A DNA stretch of 64,000 nt from contig DAIDJN010000063.1 of assembly GCA_027451365.1 (NCBI GenBank), forward strand, positions 1-64,000, given 5' to 3'. The notes beneath the pieces were generated by a model. That model had not been told where the DNA came from, searched no databases, and worked only from the letters and a program-made list of their open reading frames with translations. Each line of letters starts with the position of its first letter. Position 1 is the stretch's first letter. The stretch comes from Phycisphaerales bacterium (lineage in GTDB: Bacteria; Planctomycetota; Phycisphaerae; WQYP01). Shown in pieces: positions 49,393 through 60,042 of this stretch. Both the position numbers and the translations under genes were made by a program.

Positions 49393-50388
49393 ATGAGGAA
49401 TCGTCAGTTAAAACATCGAGGGTTCACCCTCATTGAGCTGCTGGTGGTTATCTCCATCATTGCACTGCTCATCGCCATTCTGCTGCCCAGCTTGGCACGT
49501 GCCAAGGAACTGGCTAACCGGGCGGTCTGCTCGGCCAATGTTCGCGGCATCATTCAGTCCATGGTGGTATATGCCCAGACCAACGGGAATGTGTTCCCGT
49601 GCGTACAGGGCGACGCCACAGCCGGTGCCTATCAGAAGCCCGAATTTATTGTTGCCGCAACCGCGACCACGCCGACTGCTGGCTCGCTGTTAAGCGCCAC
49701 CTCTCCGGGGTACTATTCCACGAGTTCAGCGTCCGGCGGTGATGTGCTGGCCTGCATGTGGATTCTGGTACTGGAGAACCAGATCACTCCGAAAAGCTTC
49801 ATTTGCCCGTCCGATCCGACGGCCACATCCCCTTCGGAACAGTATTATCCCAATTCAACCAGCACCCCACCTTCGGTCTGGGCGAATTTCAACCAAGGCA
49901 GCGGCACCGCCGCCGTGGCATCCACTGGCCAAGGCGAAAGCTATTCAATCGCCTTCCCGTGGTCTGATGGCGGCGCTTATGCCGGCGCAGCCCCATGGTG
50001 GAACGGCAACCAGGGTGCGGATGTTCCGCTGGTTTGCGATATGGCCCCGTACAGCACGGTTACCACCGGCACTGCGGCGCGTATAACCACCACGCCGCTG
50101 ACCAACAACACCTATGGCCCGTACATTTTCAATTCGGGTAACCATGGTGGCGATGGCCAGAACGTCGGATTTGGTGACGATCACGTGGCCTTTGAAACCA
50201 ACCCATATGTTGGCCAAAGCCAGGCGAACATCTTTACCACATACACCATTTCCAGCGGCCCGGCCACACAAACGGCAAGCCCCGGCTCCGGCTCGGCTAT
50301 CTACACCACTACCAATTACTCGGCCACAGCGCCGTATGACATCATCATGGTGCCAGATCGCAACGTCGCAGCTGGTACCTGGCATTAA
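49393..50388 (+). CDS. Prepilin-type N-terminal cleavage/methylation domain protein (H-X9-DG-CTERM-like variant)
   Basis: [65 protein letters not shown]. Confidence 0.9.
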   Translation: MRNRQLKHRGFTLIELLVVISIIALLIAILLPSLARAKELANRAVCSANVRGIIQSMVVYAQTNGNVFPCVQGDATAGAYQKPEFIVAATATTPTAGSLLSATSPGYYSTSSASGGDVLACMWILVLENQITPKSFICPSDPTATSPSEQYYPNSTSTPPSVWANFNQGSGTAAVASTGQGESYSIAFPWSDGGAYAGAAPWWNGNQGADVPLVCDMAPYSTVTTGTAARITTTPLTNNTYGPYIFNSGNHGGDGQNVGFGDDHVAFETNPYVGQSQANIFTTYTISSGPATQTASPGSGSAIYTTTNYSATAPYDIIMVPDRNVAAGTWH

Positions 50389-50461
50389 CCGGACGTTAGC
50401 CTGAACCGGTCGGGCACCGCCCGGCTGGCAAAGCCGACAGTCGGTTAAATTAGAATCCTTC

Positions 50462-50502
50462 GCGGCTCGTTTCGGTTCGCCGAAACGAGCCGCTTTCTTT
50501 TT
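50462..50502 (+). terminator. Strong intrinsic terminator
   Basis: Perfect 14-bp stem GCGGCTCGTTTCGG-TTCG-CCGAAACGAGCCGC plus T-rich tail. Confidence 0.85.
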
Positions 50503-50576
50503 ATCCCATTTTTTTGGGTGGCGCATTGGGCATTTGCATTTAGGCGTATGCGTTCCACCTGCCTTGCGCCACAGAT

Positions 50577-50783
50577 TTGTGGTTCGTGGTTTGTGGTGCG
50601 GGCGTCTCGCCTGCCGTCCATATAATTCTAACCAGCAGGCAAGATGCCTGCACCACAAATGAACGGCCTGCAACACAAAGGAGCGGATTGCATCACAGAC
50701 CTGCTGATTGTGGATTGTGGTTTGTGGTGCGGGCGTCTCGCCTGCCGTCCATACAACTTTAACCAGCAGGCAAGATGCCTGCA
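50577..50783. repeat. Tandem duplicated REP-pair (BIME-like) element
   Basis: Two ~76-bp copies (50577, 50708; period 131), each GTGGTGCGGGCGTCTCGCCTGC...GCAGGCAAGATGCCTGCA. Confidence 0.8.
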
Positions 50784-50807
50784 TTCAACCACCTGGGAGA
50801 AACTCAA

Positions 50808-51629
50808 ATGGCAGCCATGCGTTATCCGCGAACAGACAAACAGGATCAGCCCGCCGTTATAAAGCCCAATCCGGCCGTGCAATTAAACATTCTGCATGAG
50901 GATGGAGATATTCTGGTGGTTTACAAGCCGGCGGGATTGGTTTCGCAACCCGGCCTTGGCCACACCACTGACGCCTTGCTTAACGGCCTGTTTGCGACCC
51001 ATGGCAATCTGTTGCGAAACATGGGCGCGGCGCGCGACTGGGGCATGCTGCATCGGCTGGACAAGCCCACCAGCGGACTGCTGGTGGTGGCCCTGCGTCC
51101 GAAGGCGTATGACCTGTTGCGTGCTGAATTTGAACAGCGACGCGTGGTGAAGGAATATCTGGCTTTGGTGCGCGGCAAGCCGGTTCCGCCGCAGGGCGTC
51201 ATTCAGGCCCGCCTGAAAGAAGTTCTGGCCACCGTGAAAAAGGTCATCATATCCCGTGCCGGACAAGAGGCGATTTCCGCCTATCAGGTCATTTCTGGAA
51301 ATGAATTCGCATCGCTGGTAAGCATAAAAATTAAAACTGGCCGCCTGCATCAGATACGCGCCCACATGATGTTTCTGGGGAACCCTGTGCTGGGCGACGA
51401 CCTGTACGGAATAAATACGAAGCCCCCCACCAAAGCGCCTGGTGTGCCGCGGCTGTGCCTGCATTGCCTGAAACTGGGCTTTCGCCATCCAGTGCGGAAT
51501 ACCTGGATCGAATTCACCGCGCCGTTACCGCCAGACCTGGCCGCAACCGCGAAAAAATTCAATCTGACCGTACCAACGGAATATTTACCAAAGGCCGCCC
51601 CCGCGGCAAAGCCGACCGCGGTTGAATGA
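50808..51629 (+). CDS. RluA family pseudouridine synthase
   Basis: KPAGL, HRLDKPTSGL, TGRLHQIRAH, GDDLYG, LHCLKLGF. Confidence 0.92.
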   Translation: MAAMRYPRTDKQDQPAVIKPNPAVQLNILHEDGDILVVYKPAGLVSQPGLGHTTDALLNGLFATHGNLLRNMGAARDWGMLHRLDKPTSGLLVVALRPKAYDLLRAEFEQRRVVKEYLALVRGKPVPPQGVIQARLKEVLATVKKVIISRAGQEAISAYQVISGNEFASLVSIKIKTGRLHQIRAHMMFLGNPVLGDDLYGINTKPPTKAPGVPRLCLHCLKLGFRHPVRNTWIEFTAPLPPDLAATAKKFNLTVPTEYLPKAAPAAKPTAVE

Positions 51630-51924
51630 GCCTTAGGCGATCTTTCCATCGACTGCGTCAGCGGCTTTGTGACTCCGCTACCGTCCCGCTTGCCAGCGGC
51701 TAAAAGGATTACTTTGCCGGACGGGCAAATATCCGCTGAAAATTAAATTTATTGATCATTGACAAAGTATTGTTCACCGCAGAGGACACAGAGTAACGCA
51801 GTGGTTAAATATTGAGGGGCTTTACGATTGGCACCCGCACCCTTGCGAATATTGCGCCATAGCGAGCGGGCATGACATTCATTCGGCTTAACCGGATAGT
51901 CAAGCCTTACGGCATCATGGTCGT

Positions 51925-52758
51925 TCAACCTTCCCCGCCACGGTTGCGATACCCAAGAAGTTCTCGCGAATCAAGATCGTCGGGCGGAACGAGTCTGTAA
52001 TGTCTTTCTGAAAGCAGCCGAATCGATTTCGCTGGCCCATTATGTTGCTCTTCAAATAAAAACATTGCGATTAAACCATTTAGCGTAAATTGCGCTGCAA
52101 TCGGGTGGCATATTAACGAAGAAAACTTGTCGCGGCACATCGCGATATCTTGCTCAATCTGGACAATATTGATATAGTCCCGACCGCTTTTGGCCTGAAC
52201 GGGTAAAATATAATGAACTCCCCGTTTATCTACACCAATATAAACGTCATCTGTTTCCACCTGCCCGATTCCTGGTACCGTGGTTCGCAGATGACTTTGC
52301 AGCGATTGGCAAGTAAGTCCGGTAAAAATATCAACCAGACGGTTGTATCGTAACTTCGCCAGGAGGGCCTGTTCATCGGAAAGCGCGTACATGTCAATAA
52401 TGCCGGGCGTTGAATCAGGAATTTTTGTTTCCGCAAGGTTCGCATTTGGGGTAACCACCGATAGGCTCACGGCAACAAAGCGGTATCGCGATTTCCCGTT
52501 GGGGCGAATAATCCAGTGGCGGCCAGTCGGTGCCCGCTGCCGAATTGTCTTAGGCAGCTGGACCCGATAGCGGAATGTATAAATTAAATCGCCGAGGTTT
52601 TTCGGCAGACGAACACCCAATGATTTCGCGGCGCTCTCAATGTCGGTTCTGTGGAACTCAACCGTTTCGACGCCGGGCTTGAAACGCTCGAGGAAAATCC
52701 TTTCGATCAACTTCGTATACAGATTGGCCGCGGTCGAAACTTTGCGATTTTCAATCAT
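51925..52758 (-). CDS. Putative type II restriction endonuclease (PD-(D/E)xK-like)
   Basis: EQALL helix, QVETDD...PVQAK catalytic-type motif; ATGA-coupled to the upstream methyltransferase. Confidence 0.65.
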   Translation of the reverse strand: MIENRKVSTAANLYTKLIERIFLERFKPGVETVEFHRTDIESAAKSLGVRLPKNLGDLIYTFRYRVQLPKTIRQRAPTGRHWIIRPNGKSRYRFVAVSLSVVTPNANLAETKIPDSTPGIIDMYALSDEQALLAKLRYNRLVDIFTGLTCQSLQSHLRTTVPGIGQVETDDVYIGVDKRGVHYILPVQAKSGRDYINIVQIEQDIAMCRDKFSSLICHPIAAQFTLNGLIAMFLFEEQHNGPAKSIRLLSERHYRLVPPDDLDSRELLGYRNRGGEG

Positions 52759-54131
52759 CGGCTGGCACTCCCTTTTTTGCCAACTCCGGGCCATTCCAAC
52801 AGCACCACTTCCTCGCGAAGTTGCTCGCCCGTGGCGGTTGCCAACCGAGTGCGAAACAGGTCGATTCCCTTCACCCGGTATCCGCGTGATTCGGCGATAT
52901 CCGCGAGGATTTCACCAGTGCGAATCATGACGCGTAAGTAAGACGCCTGATCTCCAACCACATAGGCCAAGCGTGCACCGGGGCGGAGCCATGGCTTGAG
53001 ATTCTCAAAATGTCGCGCCATCCCGCCGAAATAGCTTCGCGCTACGGTTGCGTACATGCGCTCAAAGCCACTGGTTTTTCCCTGTTCGAGCCTTCGCTTT
53101 TCTATCTCCGCGGCGATCTTTTGAATTTCCCGATGGGACTCCACCCAATGGTGATCATCATCGCCGCAGTATACGTTGCGGGTATTGGACCGAACCAAAG
53201 ATTGTTTAAGTCGTCTTAGGTCAGCCTTGTCTTTGATAAAGCCGAGAATGACGGATTCCAGACGCGTGGTACGGGTATAATCCTTTTCGTTGGGATATGG
53301 CGGTGAAGTAATCACGGCGTCAATACCGCCCGGTTCGAGGCCGTCGGGGATCGCCCGGGCGTCGCCAGCCAGAACGCGACTGACGGCCGGCGGAATTTGC
53401 CGCAGCCCGTCCAGGTCAATCGCTATCGCCGCGACCCGTGTAAACCATTCCCGCACCACTGCGGCGTCCGCTTTGGGTTTTCCCACGCCCACCTCTGGTC
53501 CGAAATGCAGATTGCCTGTCGCTTCGACTAGGGCACGCGCCAGCGCCAGGCGGCAGTAGTCAACCAACGGAGCCGGGGCGAGCTTGTGTATTTTCTCCAG
53601 CAGCACCAGCGTTTTATGGAGCGGGATTGGACTGATGGAGGCACGAAGCAACAGTTTGAATTGTGGTTCGTCGAGTGTCAGAAGCGTCGAGTGCCGCTTC
53701 ACGCGCCGGGCAACGTCAAACAGCGGCGCCTCGGCGTCATCGGGATACCCCTGTGCGGCCAAATCGGTGTTGGTCGATTCCGCGATCTTCTGCGCCAAGG
53801 CAAGCAGTTGCCGCCCGGAAACGCCCCATTGCGTCTTGACGGCCGATGCAAAATGAGCCATCGGATTGGCCTCTATTCCAAGGCTGCCGATACTTAACTT
53901 CTTGCACTCCACCAGTGTCGTACCGGTGCCGCAGAAAGGGTCAAGCACGATCTGTCCCACTCCAACGTTGAACCGTTCAAGATACTGGCGGACCAGGTGC
54001 GGCGGATATGAGAGGACAAACCGATACCATTCGTGTCCGGCGCGATCTGAAGGCAATAATCGGTTTGAGGCAACGCAGGCCCGCACCTTCCGTGGGCGTT
54101 CAACTATTGCTCGGTCAGATTCAAACATCAT
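52755..54131 (-). CDS. Amino-DNA methyltransferase, alpha order, probably N4-cytosine
   Basis: Motif I LDPFCGTGTT near the N-terminus, motif IV ITSPPY, YVVGD. Confidence 0.85.
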   Translation of the reverse strand: MMFESDRAIVERPRKVRACVASNRLLPSDRAGHEWYRFVLSYPPHLVRQYLERFNVGVGQIVLDPFCGTGTTLVECKKLSIGSLGIEANPMAHFASAVKTQWGVSGRQLLALAQKIAESTNTDLAAQGYPDDAEAPLFDVARRVKRHSTLLTLDEPQFKLLLRASISPIPLHKTLVLLEKIHKLAPAPLVDYCRLALARALVEATGNLHFGPEVGVGKPKADAAVVREWFTRVAAIAIDLDGLRQIPPAVSRVLAGDARAIPDGLEPGGIDAVITSPPYPNEKDYTRTTRLESVILGFIKDKADLRRLKQSLVRSNTRNVYCGDDDHHWVESHREIQKIAAEIEKRRLEQGKTSGFERMYATVARSYFGGMARHFENLKPWLRPGARLAYVVGDQASYLRVMIRTGEILADIAESRGYRVKGIDLFRTRLATATGEQLREEVVLLEWPGVGKKGSASR

Positions 54132-54479
54132 CACTTCCAGTCGCATCCGAAATATATGAATTCCGATGATATACCGGCTCGCTTGAGATTCAAAACAGGT
54201 TGCAAAGAATTATCAGTTCATAACAGTATGCGCACTGACTGCAATTGTGTTCGGCTAAACCTTAAACCAGTTTGGACTTCAGTGGGCCACCAAGCCCAAA
54301 ACGTCGGCAAATGGAAGTCAATACCTGGACTCAGCGGGCCGTTGATATCTGCGGCCTGCGCCCATTTGCGCGATTTGGAACGCCCGCTTGAATGAATCCG
54401 GTCCATGGCGGATAATTCCACTTGCCCGTATCGGGAATTGGATGTCGCAACGGAACGCGGACAGGAGACGGCCTGCGCC

Positions 54480-55238
54480 ATGCTGAGTAACTTATTTCTC
54501 ATCTGCGCAGTGGTCGGAGGCACCGTATTTGTGTGCCAATTCGTTTTAAGTCTGTTTTCACTGGGCGGACATCTTCCGGGCAGTCACGCCACGCATTTGC
54601 CGACCGGCCACGCCACGCATCTGCCGGGCGGCCACGTGCATACCATGCCCGCAGACCATTCCTTGCGCGGCACGCTGCAGAATGCCCATGCCGCCATTCC
54701 GCACGGTGGGTCTCCCGTCAAAGACGGCCCGCCGGGCTGGATGGGCGGTCTGATGCGCCACGCTCTGGGCCTGCGTCATGCCACCGGCGGAGCCGGTGAA
54801 ACCTGGCTGGCCGGCATGGTCAGTTTTCAGGGAATTGTGGCGGCGGTTACCGCATTTGGGCTGGCGGGAATGGCCGCACTTTCCATGGGCTGGTGGACTG
54901 GACTGGTGCTGCTGGCCGCGGCGGTCGCCGGCGCCGGCTGCAGTGCCCTGACCGCCGGCATGCTGCAATGGCTGATGCGCCAGCAGGACGACGGCACCGT
55001 ACAAACAGCCGACTGCGTCGGTGCCACGGGAACCGTGTATCTTTCTGTGCCGGCCACCAATGCCGGAATGGGCAAAGTGCTGATTCATGTGCAAGGCCGT
55101 ACAATGGAATACGCGGCGATTACCTGGGTGGACCGGGAACTGGCTGCCGGTGAAGAAATTATTGTCGTTGGCGTACATGCAGCGGGCGTGCTGGAAATAG
55201 CCCCGGCGGCAAATGTACCGATTCGAGTAGAACTTTAA
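54480..55238 (+). CDS. NfeD-like membrane protein with His-rich loop
   Basis: TM helices, HATHLP repeats, C-terminal OB-fold-like VGATGTVYLSVP...GKV.I.VQGRT.EY.A.T; upstream of the flotillin gene. Confidence 0.78.
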   Translation: MLSNLFLICAVVGGTVFVCQFVLSLFSLGGHLPGSHATHLPTGHATHLPGGHVHTMPADHSLRGTLQNAHAAIPHGGSPVKDGPPGWMGGLMRHALGLRHATGGAGETWLAGMVSFQGIVAAVTAFGLAGMAALSMGWWTGLVLLAAAVAGAGCSALTAGMLQWLMRQQDDGTVQTADCVGATGTVYLSVPATNAGMGKVLIHVQGRTMEYAAITWVDRELAAGEEIIVVGVHAAGVLEIAPAANVPIRVEL

Positions 55239-55253
55239 GAGAGGTATTGCACC

Positions 55254-56996
55254 ATGTCTGTTCCAATCTGCATCCTGGCGATGGCGAATTTTCCAACGGA
55301 ATGGCTGGTACTGCTGGCGGCGTTTGTGGCCGCGATTTTCCTTCTTTTTGTCATTATGGCGTTAAGCCGCTTCAAGCGGTGCCCGAGTAATCGGATACTG
55401 GTGATTTACGGCAAGGTGGGAAGCGGCAATACCGCCCGGTGCGTGCATGGCGGCGCGGCGTTTGTGCTGCCGCTGATTCAGGATTATTCATTTCTGAATC
55501 TTGAGCCGTTGCAGATTGAAATACCACTGGCCGGCGCATTGTCCATAGAAAATATCCGCGTGAATGTACCCAGCGTGTTCACGGTGGCCATCGGCACGCA
55601 GCCGGAATTAATGCAGAATGCGGCCATCCGCCTGCTGGGGCTGGATATGAAACGAATTCAGGAACGGGTGGAACATATTATTTTCGGTCAGCTTCGCGAA
55701 GTGGTCGCATCCATGCGGATTGAAGACATCACACGCCACCGCGAGCAGTTTCTCAAAAATATTCAACTGTCCCTGGAACCGGAATTGAACAAACTCGGTC
55801 TGGTGCTGTTAAATGTAAACATTACCGATATTACCGATGAATCGGGCTATATTGTGGCCATCGGAAAAAAGGCGGCTTCCCAGGCCGTGCAGCAGGCGCT
55901 GGTGGATGTTTCACAGCAGGAAAAGCTTGGCGCCGGCGGCGTGGCCGATGCCGAACGCGAACGCGCTATTCAGGTGGCCAACGCACAGAAACTTAAGGAA
56001 ATCGGCCTGCATGAAGCCCAGAAGGACCAGGCTGTGCGCATTGCCGAACTGGAAAGAGACCAGAAACTTGGTGAACAGCAGACCTTGCGCGACCAGGCCG
56101 TGCGTATGGCCGAATTAAACAAGGAACAGAAAATCGCGGAGCAGGCGGCAAGTTTTGAACGCGATTCAAAAATTAAGGAAGCCGAACAGGTCATGCGTAT
56201 TTCCGTGGCCGAAGCCAACGCCAAGGCCATCGCGGGCGAAAGTCTGGCACAGGGGGATGTCGCCCTGGCACAATCGCAATTACAGGTAAAACAGGCTGAA
56301 GCGTTCCGGCTTTCAGAAACAAAAAAACGCGAAGCAGACGCCGCGGTGCAGGAAGCCCAGAATCTGGCCATGGCCAAGGCCGCACTGGCCAACGCCCAGC
56401 GCGTGGAAGCTGAACGCCGCGCCGCCGTCGAAGCTCCCGCCAAAGCCGAAAAGGCCAGAATTCTGGTTGAAGCCCAGGCCGCGGCGGAAAAACGCCGCAT
56501 GGAAGCGGAAGCCGAAGCCAACGCGTTATTCGTGCGGCTGGAAGCCGAAGCCAAGGGCCAGTACGAAATTCTGGCCAAAAAGGCGGAGGGTCTTAAACAG
56601 ATCATCGAATCCTGCGGCAGCGCCGATAAGGCGTTCCAGATGCTGATGCTCGAACATATGGACAAACTTGCCGAAACGGCCGCGACCGCCATTTCCAACA
56701 TCAAATTCGACAAAGTGGTGGTATGGGAAGGCGGAAGAAACTCGGAAAACGGCACGGCTTCGGCAAATTTCCTCCAGGGCATGGCCCGCAGCATGCCGCC
56801 GATGCTGCAGGTGCTTCGCGATATCGGCGGCGTGGAATTACCCGCCTTCCTGGGCCGATCGTCAGACTCGCCCCGCCCGGCCGGACGCGATCCGGAATCC
56901 GCGGCCAGCGAAAACGGCAGCCATGCGGACACCCATGCCGGTGAGCCGGTTGCGGTTAAACCATCGGACGCGGAACCTTCCACCCCAGTCACATAA
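55254..56996 (+). CDS. SPFH/flotillin family protein
   Basis: TM, CPSNRILVIYG, SPFH domain (VPSVFTVAIG, NVNITDI), long AEA-rich coiled coil, IKFDKVVVW. Confidence 0.9.
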   Translation: MSVPICILAMANFPTEWLVLLAAFVAAIFLLFVIMALSRFKRCPSNRILVIYGKVGSGNTARCVHGGAAFVLPLIQDYSFLNLEPLQIEIPLAGALSIENIRVNVPSVFTVAIGTQPELMQNAAIRLLGLDMKRIQERVEHIIFGQLREVVASMRIEDITRHREQFLKNIQLSLEPELNKLGLVLLNVNITDITDESGYIVAIGKKAASQAVQQALVDVSQQEKLGAGGVADAERERAIQVANAQKLKEIGLHEAQKDQAVRIAELERDQKLGEQQTLRDQAVRMAELNKEQKIAEQAASFERDSKIKEAEQVMRISVAEANAKAIAGESLAQGDVALAQSQLQVKQAEAFRLSETKKREADAAVQEAQNLAMAKAALANAQRVEAERRAAVEAPAKAEKARILVEAQAAAEKRRMEAEAEANALFVRLEAEAKGQYEILAKKAEGLKQIIESCGSADKAFQMLMLEHMDKLAETAATAISNIKFDKVVVWEGGRNSENGTASANFLQGMARSMPPMLQVLRDIGGVELPAFLGRSSDSPRPAGRDPESAASENGSHADTHAGEPVAVKPSDAEPSTPVT

Positions 56997-57011
56997 TATA
57001 AGGATATTGAT

Positions 57012-57698
57012 ATGCTTAAACGTATTGGCAATCTGTTCAGAGGCATGGTCGGATCTTCCGTATCGGCCGTGGAACGTCGAAATCCGGAAATGCTGCTGGA
57101 AGTGGAAAAGGAGAATCTGCGTACCCAGATCGGCAAATTCAACCGCGGTCTGGCGGCGCATGCCGGGCTTTGCGAACGGTTGATGGCGCGGGTCAAGGCA
57201 CTGGAATCTGACCAGCAGGACATGACCGAACGCACGCGGGCACATCTGGCGGCGGGGAACCGCGATGCCGCCGCGCAATACGCCCTGCGGCTGAAGACCA
57301 CCACCAAAGACCTGGATGAAAACCGCCGCCAGCTCTCCGCGGCGGAGGAAACCTATTCCACCCTTATCAAACAGCGTGACGTGGTTGTGGATGCCGCCCG
57401 GCAGAAAATTGAGGCCTTGCGTCAGTCCATTGACGAATTGAAGGTAAAAAAAGCCATGGCGGAAATGACTGAAATGGCCTCCGGCATGGTGACCGGTATC
57501 GGTGGCGGAGATACGCTGGCCCGATTGCGCGAAATGGTCGACTCGGAAAAGGCCAACGCCGCGGGAAGAATCCGCGTCGCCAAAGATTCCATGAGCCTGA
57601 CCGATCTGGATATTAAAGAGCGCGAACAAAAAGCGCTGGCCGATCAGGCGCTGGCGGAATTTGAAGGCAAGCCGCAATTGCCTTCCGGCGAAAGCTGA
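57012..57698 (+). CDS. PspA/IM30 family protein
   Basis: Amphipathic MLKRIGNLFRG, E..NPE.LL, coiled coil, ALAEFE; AAGGA SD. Confidence 0.85.
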   Translation: MLKRIGNLFRGMVGSSVSAVERRNPEMLLEVEKENLRTQIGKFNRGLAAHAGLCERLMARVKALESDQQDMTERTRAHLAAGNRDAAAQYALRLKTTTKDLDENRRQLSAAEETYSTLIKQRDVVVDAARQKIEALRQSIDELKVKKAMAEMTEMASGMVTGIGGGDTLARLREMVDSEKANAAGRIRVAKDSMSLTDLDIKEREQKALADQALAEFEGKPQLPSGES

Positions 57699-57921
57699 AA
57701 AAGGCCGCAATAGACTTTAGCCCCCCCGCTTTCGGGCGGTGCATTTTTAACCACAAACTGCCTCCTGTTTTGCCTGGTTGCAAAACAGGCTGAATTTTTT
57801 CAGGAAACAAGGTCACCGGAACACAGGACACAAAGTGAATTGTGATTTGGGCAAGCCGCGCCACATGACCCCGCAATTGCTTTCCACCCGCAATGCTTGG
57901 ACCGGGCGACCGAGCCGCAAT

Positions 57922-58323
57922 TCAGCGCGAATTGCCGGTTTTGCCCGGGCCGCGATAAATGCAGCGACTGGTACAGGTTTCCTGAACCACAATCTGTGAA
58001 AGGCCGGGCAGGCCCGGGGCCAGATGTTCCCATATCCAAACGGCCAGATTCTCGCTGGTTGGATTTTCCAATCCGGGAATATCATTCAGATACTGGTGGT
58101 CCAGAATGTCATGCAGCGGTGCGAATGCTTTTTGCAAGTCCGCAAAATCCAGAAGCCAGCCGGTTTCCGGCGGTACCGGACCGTGGACGCAGACTTCTAT
58201 GCGAAACGAATGACCATGCAGACGGGCGCATTTATGGCCCGCCGGAACCTTTGGCAGGCGGTGGGCGGCTTCAAAACGAAACTCGCGAACCAGGGAGACT
58301 TCAAATGCGGGGGAATTTTTCAT
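57922..58323 (-). CDS. queD: 6-carboxy-5,6,7,8-tetrahydropterin synthase
   Basis: [34 protein letters not shown]. Confidence 0.92.
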   Translation of the reverse strand: MKNSPAFEVSLVREFRFEAAHRLPKVPAGHKCARLHGHSFRIEVCVHGPVPPETGWLLDFADLQKAFAPLHDILDHQYLNDIPGLENPTSENLAVWIWEHLAPGLPGLSQIVVQETCTSRCIYRGPGKTGNSR

Positions 58324-58425
58324 GGCCGGATTTTAACCGAATCCGTGCCAACCGCGTAGCGGACTCAAGACGGCGGCCATGCCCGAATTTCACAATCGGT
58401 AAACAGGGTGCCCCAAGACTCCTGT

Positions 58426-59115
58426 CTATTTACGCCAGTGGTAATTTTCCAGCAGCGCCCAGAGTTTGTTGATCGAATCGGTGTTTACCGCAATAGCATT
58501 GCGCAAATAACGCGAAAGTCCAGGGCCGGCGCGGGCGGCCTTGGCTTCTTTTTCGGCGGCTTTATCCAGGGCCAGTTGCCAGGAATAATCCATGTACATC
58601 ATCACCAGATATCGCTTCTGGAAATCGGCGGAATTGCTGTGCAGAAGCAGGCCGCCCTCATCATCGGCAATAATTCCCTGAGCCTTGCCGAACAGCGCCG
58701 GCCGCCGACGATAGGTCAGACTGACCGCGTGACGGCCTGCCCAGGATTTTAATTCCGCCAGCAATTTTCCCTGAGTTTTGGACATATAGCTGTTGAAGGC
58801 CTTCACGGGCACGGTAAGACCTTTGAAGTCCGCCAGAAAGGCCAACTGTGTTTTGTCCTTGTGGGCTTTGGCCAGCGATGGCAGCAAAGCATATATGCGA
58901 TACATTGCGGCGTTCGGGGCAGCCTGTTTCAGCGGTATGGTCGGTGGCGACACGCTGGCACATCCGGTCAGGGCGGCCGCCAGCAATAGGATCAGCAGGC
59001 AGCGAAATACCGCGACCGCCGGTGAAAAGGCCATCGCAGCAGGAACCGCTTTGGATAATGATGGTTCAGCAGGCCCGCCGCGCGTGCGGATAAACAGGCA
59101 ATATTTTGGCGGCAT
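58426..59115 (-). CDS. Hypothetical lipoprotein
   Basis: Lipobox LLLAAALTGC; helical body; start uncertain (59115 or 59034). Confidence 0.6.
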   Translation of the reverse strand: MPPKYCLFIRTRGGPAEPSLSKAVPAAMAFSPAVAVFRCLLILLLAAALTGCASVSPPTIPLKQAAPNAAMYRIYALLPSLAKAHKDKTQLAFLADFKGLTVPVKAFNSYMSKTQGKLLAELKSWAGRHAVSLTYRRRPALFGKAQGIIADDEGGLLLHSNSADFQKRYLVMMYMDYSWQLALDKAAEKEAKAARAGPGLSRYLRNAIAVNTDSINKLWALLENYHWRK

Positions 59116-59143
59116 GGTGGTAACTCCCGGCTTTGGCTGCGGT

Positions 59144-59653
59144 TCAGGCCGGGGCAGCGGATTTTTTCCCGGACAGCAATCTGCCAAGTGTGATATTTCC
59201 CGGCCCCAGCAGCAACATGGCAATGGTAATGACTAACAGCGAAAAGGGGAATTGCGCCGCGAAAATAACCGCAGTAGGATGCCCCGGATTTTTTGCGTGT
59301 GCGGCGATCGCCTTGGCCACGGCGGCATTGTGGGCAATCGCCCCGTGCGCTGAGACAAAGGTTGCGACCAGCATATTAAAAGCCAGCGGTATGGCAAACA
59401 GCCGCTGGCCGGTACCGATCAGAAAAAACAGCCCGCCAAAAAATTCAGCGCAGGCGCTAAGTGTGGCGCTGACATAGGGCATCGGCGCGTGCATCATGGT
59501 AAGGAACGCCGCGAAACCGGCAATACCAGGCCCGCCAAAGGCGCCGAAAAGCTTCTGTGAACCGTAGTACAGGAAAATTGCCGCAAAAAGAAGGCGAATC
59601 AGAAGCAATGCAATGTCCTGAATCGGGGTGGTGGATCGGGTGCTGTTGACCAT
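59144..59653 (-). CDS. DoxX family membrane protein
   Basis: LLIR..F..YGSQKLFG, AEFFGG, GPG; GAGGAG SD. Confidence 0.85.
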   Translation of the reverse strand: MVNSTRSTTPIQDIALLLIRLLFAAIFLYYGSQKLFGAFGGPGIAGFAAFLTMMHAPMPYVSATLSACAEFFGGLFFLIGTGQRLFAIPLAFNMLVATFVSAHGAIAHNAAVAKAIAAHAKNPGHPTAVIFAAQFPFSLLVITIAMLLLGPGNITLGRLLSGKKSAAPA

Positions 59654-60042
59654 GACGAGTCTCCTCAAACAAGTTTAATACTAAACTATAATTTAATGAT
59701 ACTACCGGTTCAGTCCATGTGTCAAGCGGTTATTCACTGGATTTCCATGTGGGTCATAACGCGATATGCGGTTAAAGCTTGTTATAGAATTCAACGAACG
59801 GGGAATTATTGGCCTATAAAATTAGCCTCCGCGGCGACAAGCGGCGCGGAATGGCTGGCGATACGGAGGAATTGGGCGTTTTGTTAAAATTATATTAAAA
59901 TGAAAAAATAAACTATTTTTGCAAAAAATGTTTGACTTAAGGGTTACGCACGGGGATAATCCGACCACTGCCAACTGGCGAAGCTTTGTTGCCCGCCAGA
60001 TTATTATCGGCAGAAAGGCATCCTTTTCAGGAGTACCATCTA

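Noticed and set aside
50577..50783. CRISPR array
   Set aside because: Only two long palindromic units, no cas genes; this fits REP/BIME-like repeats.
51775..51804. CACCGCAGAGGACACAGAG short-period repeat
   Set aside because: Only two to three degenerate units and no associated gene; too little to interpret.
55970..57307. Long antisense ORFs (for example 55970-57307, 3143-4207, 42533-43699, 10502-11464)
   Set aside because: Shadow frames of well-supported genes in GC-rich DNA, with no motifs of their own.
57922..58323. queD as part of a 7-deazaguanine DNA modification system linked to the ParB-terminase module
   Set aside because: It lies 50 kb away with no dpdA, queC, queE or folE nearby; ordinary queuosine synthesis is simpler.
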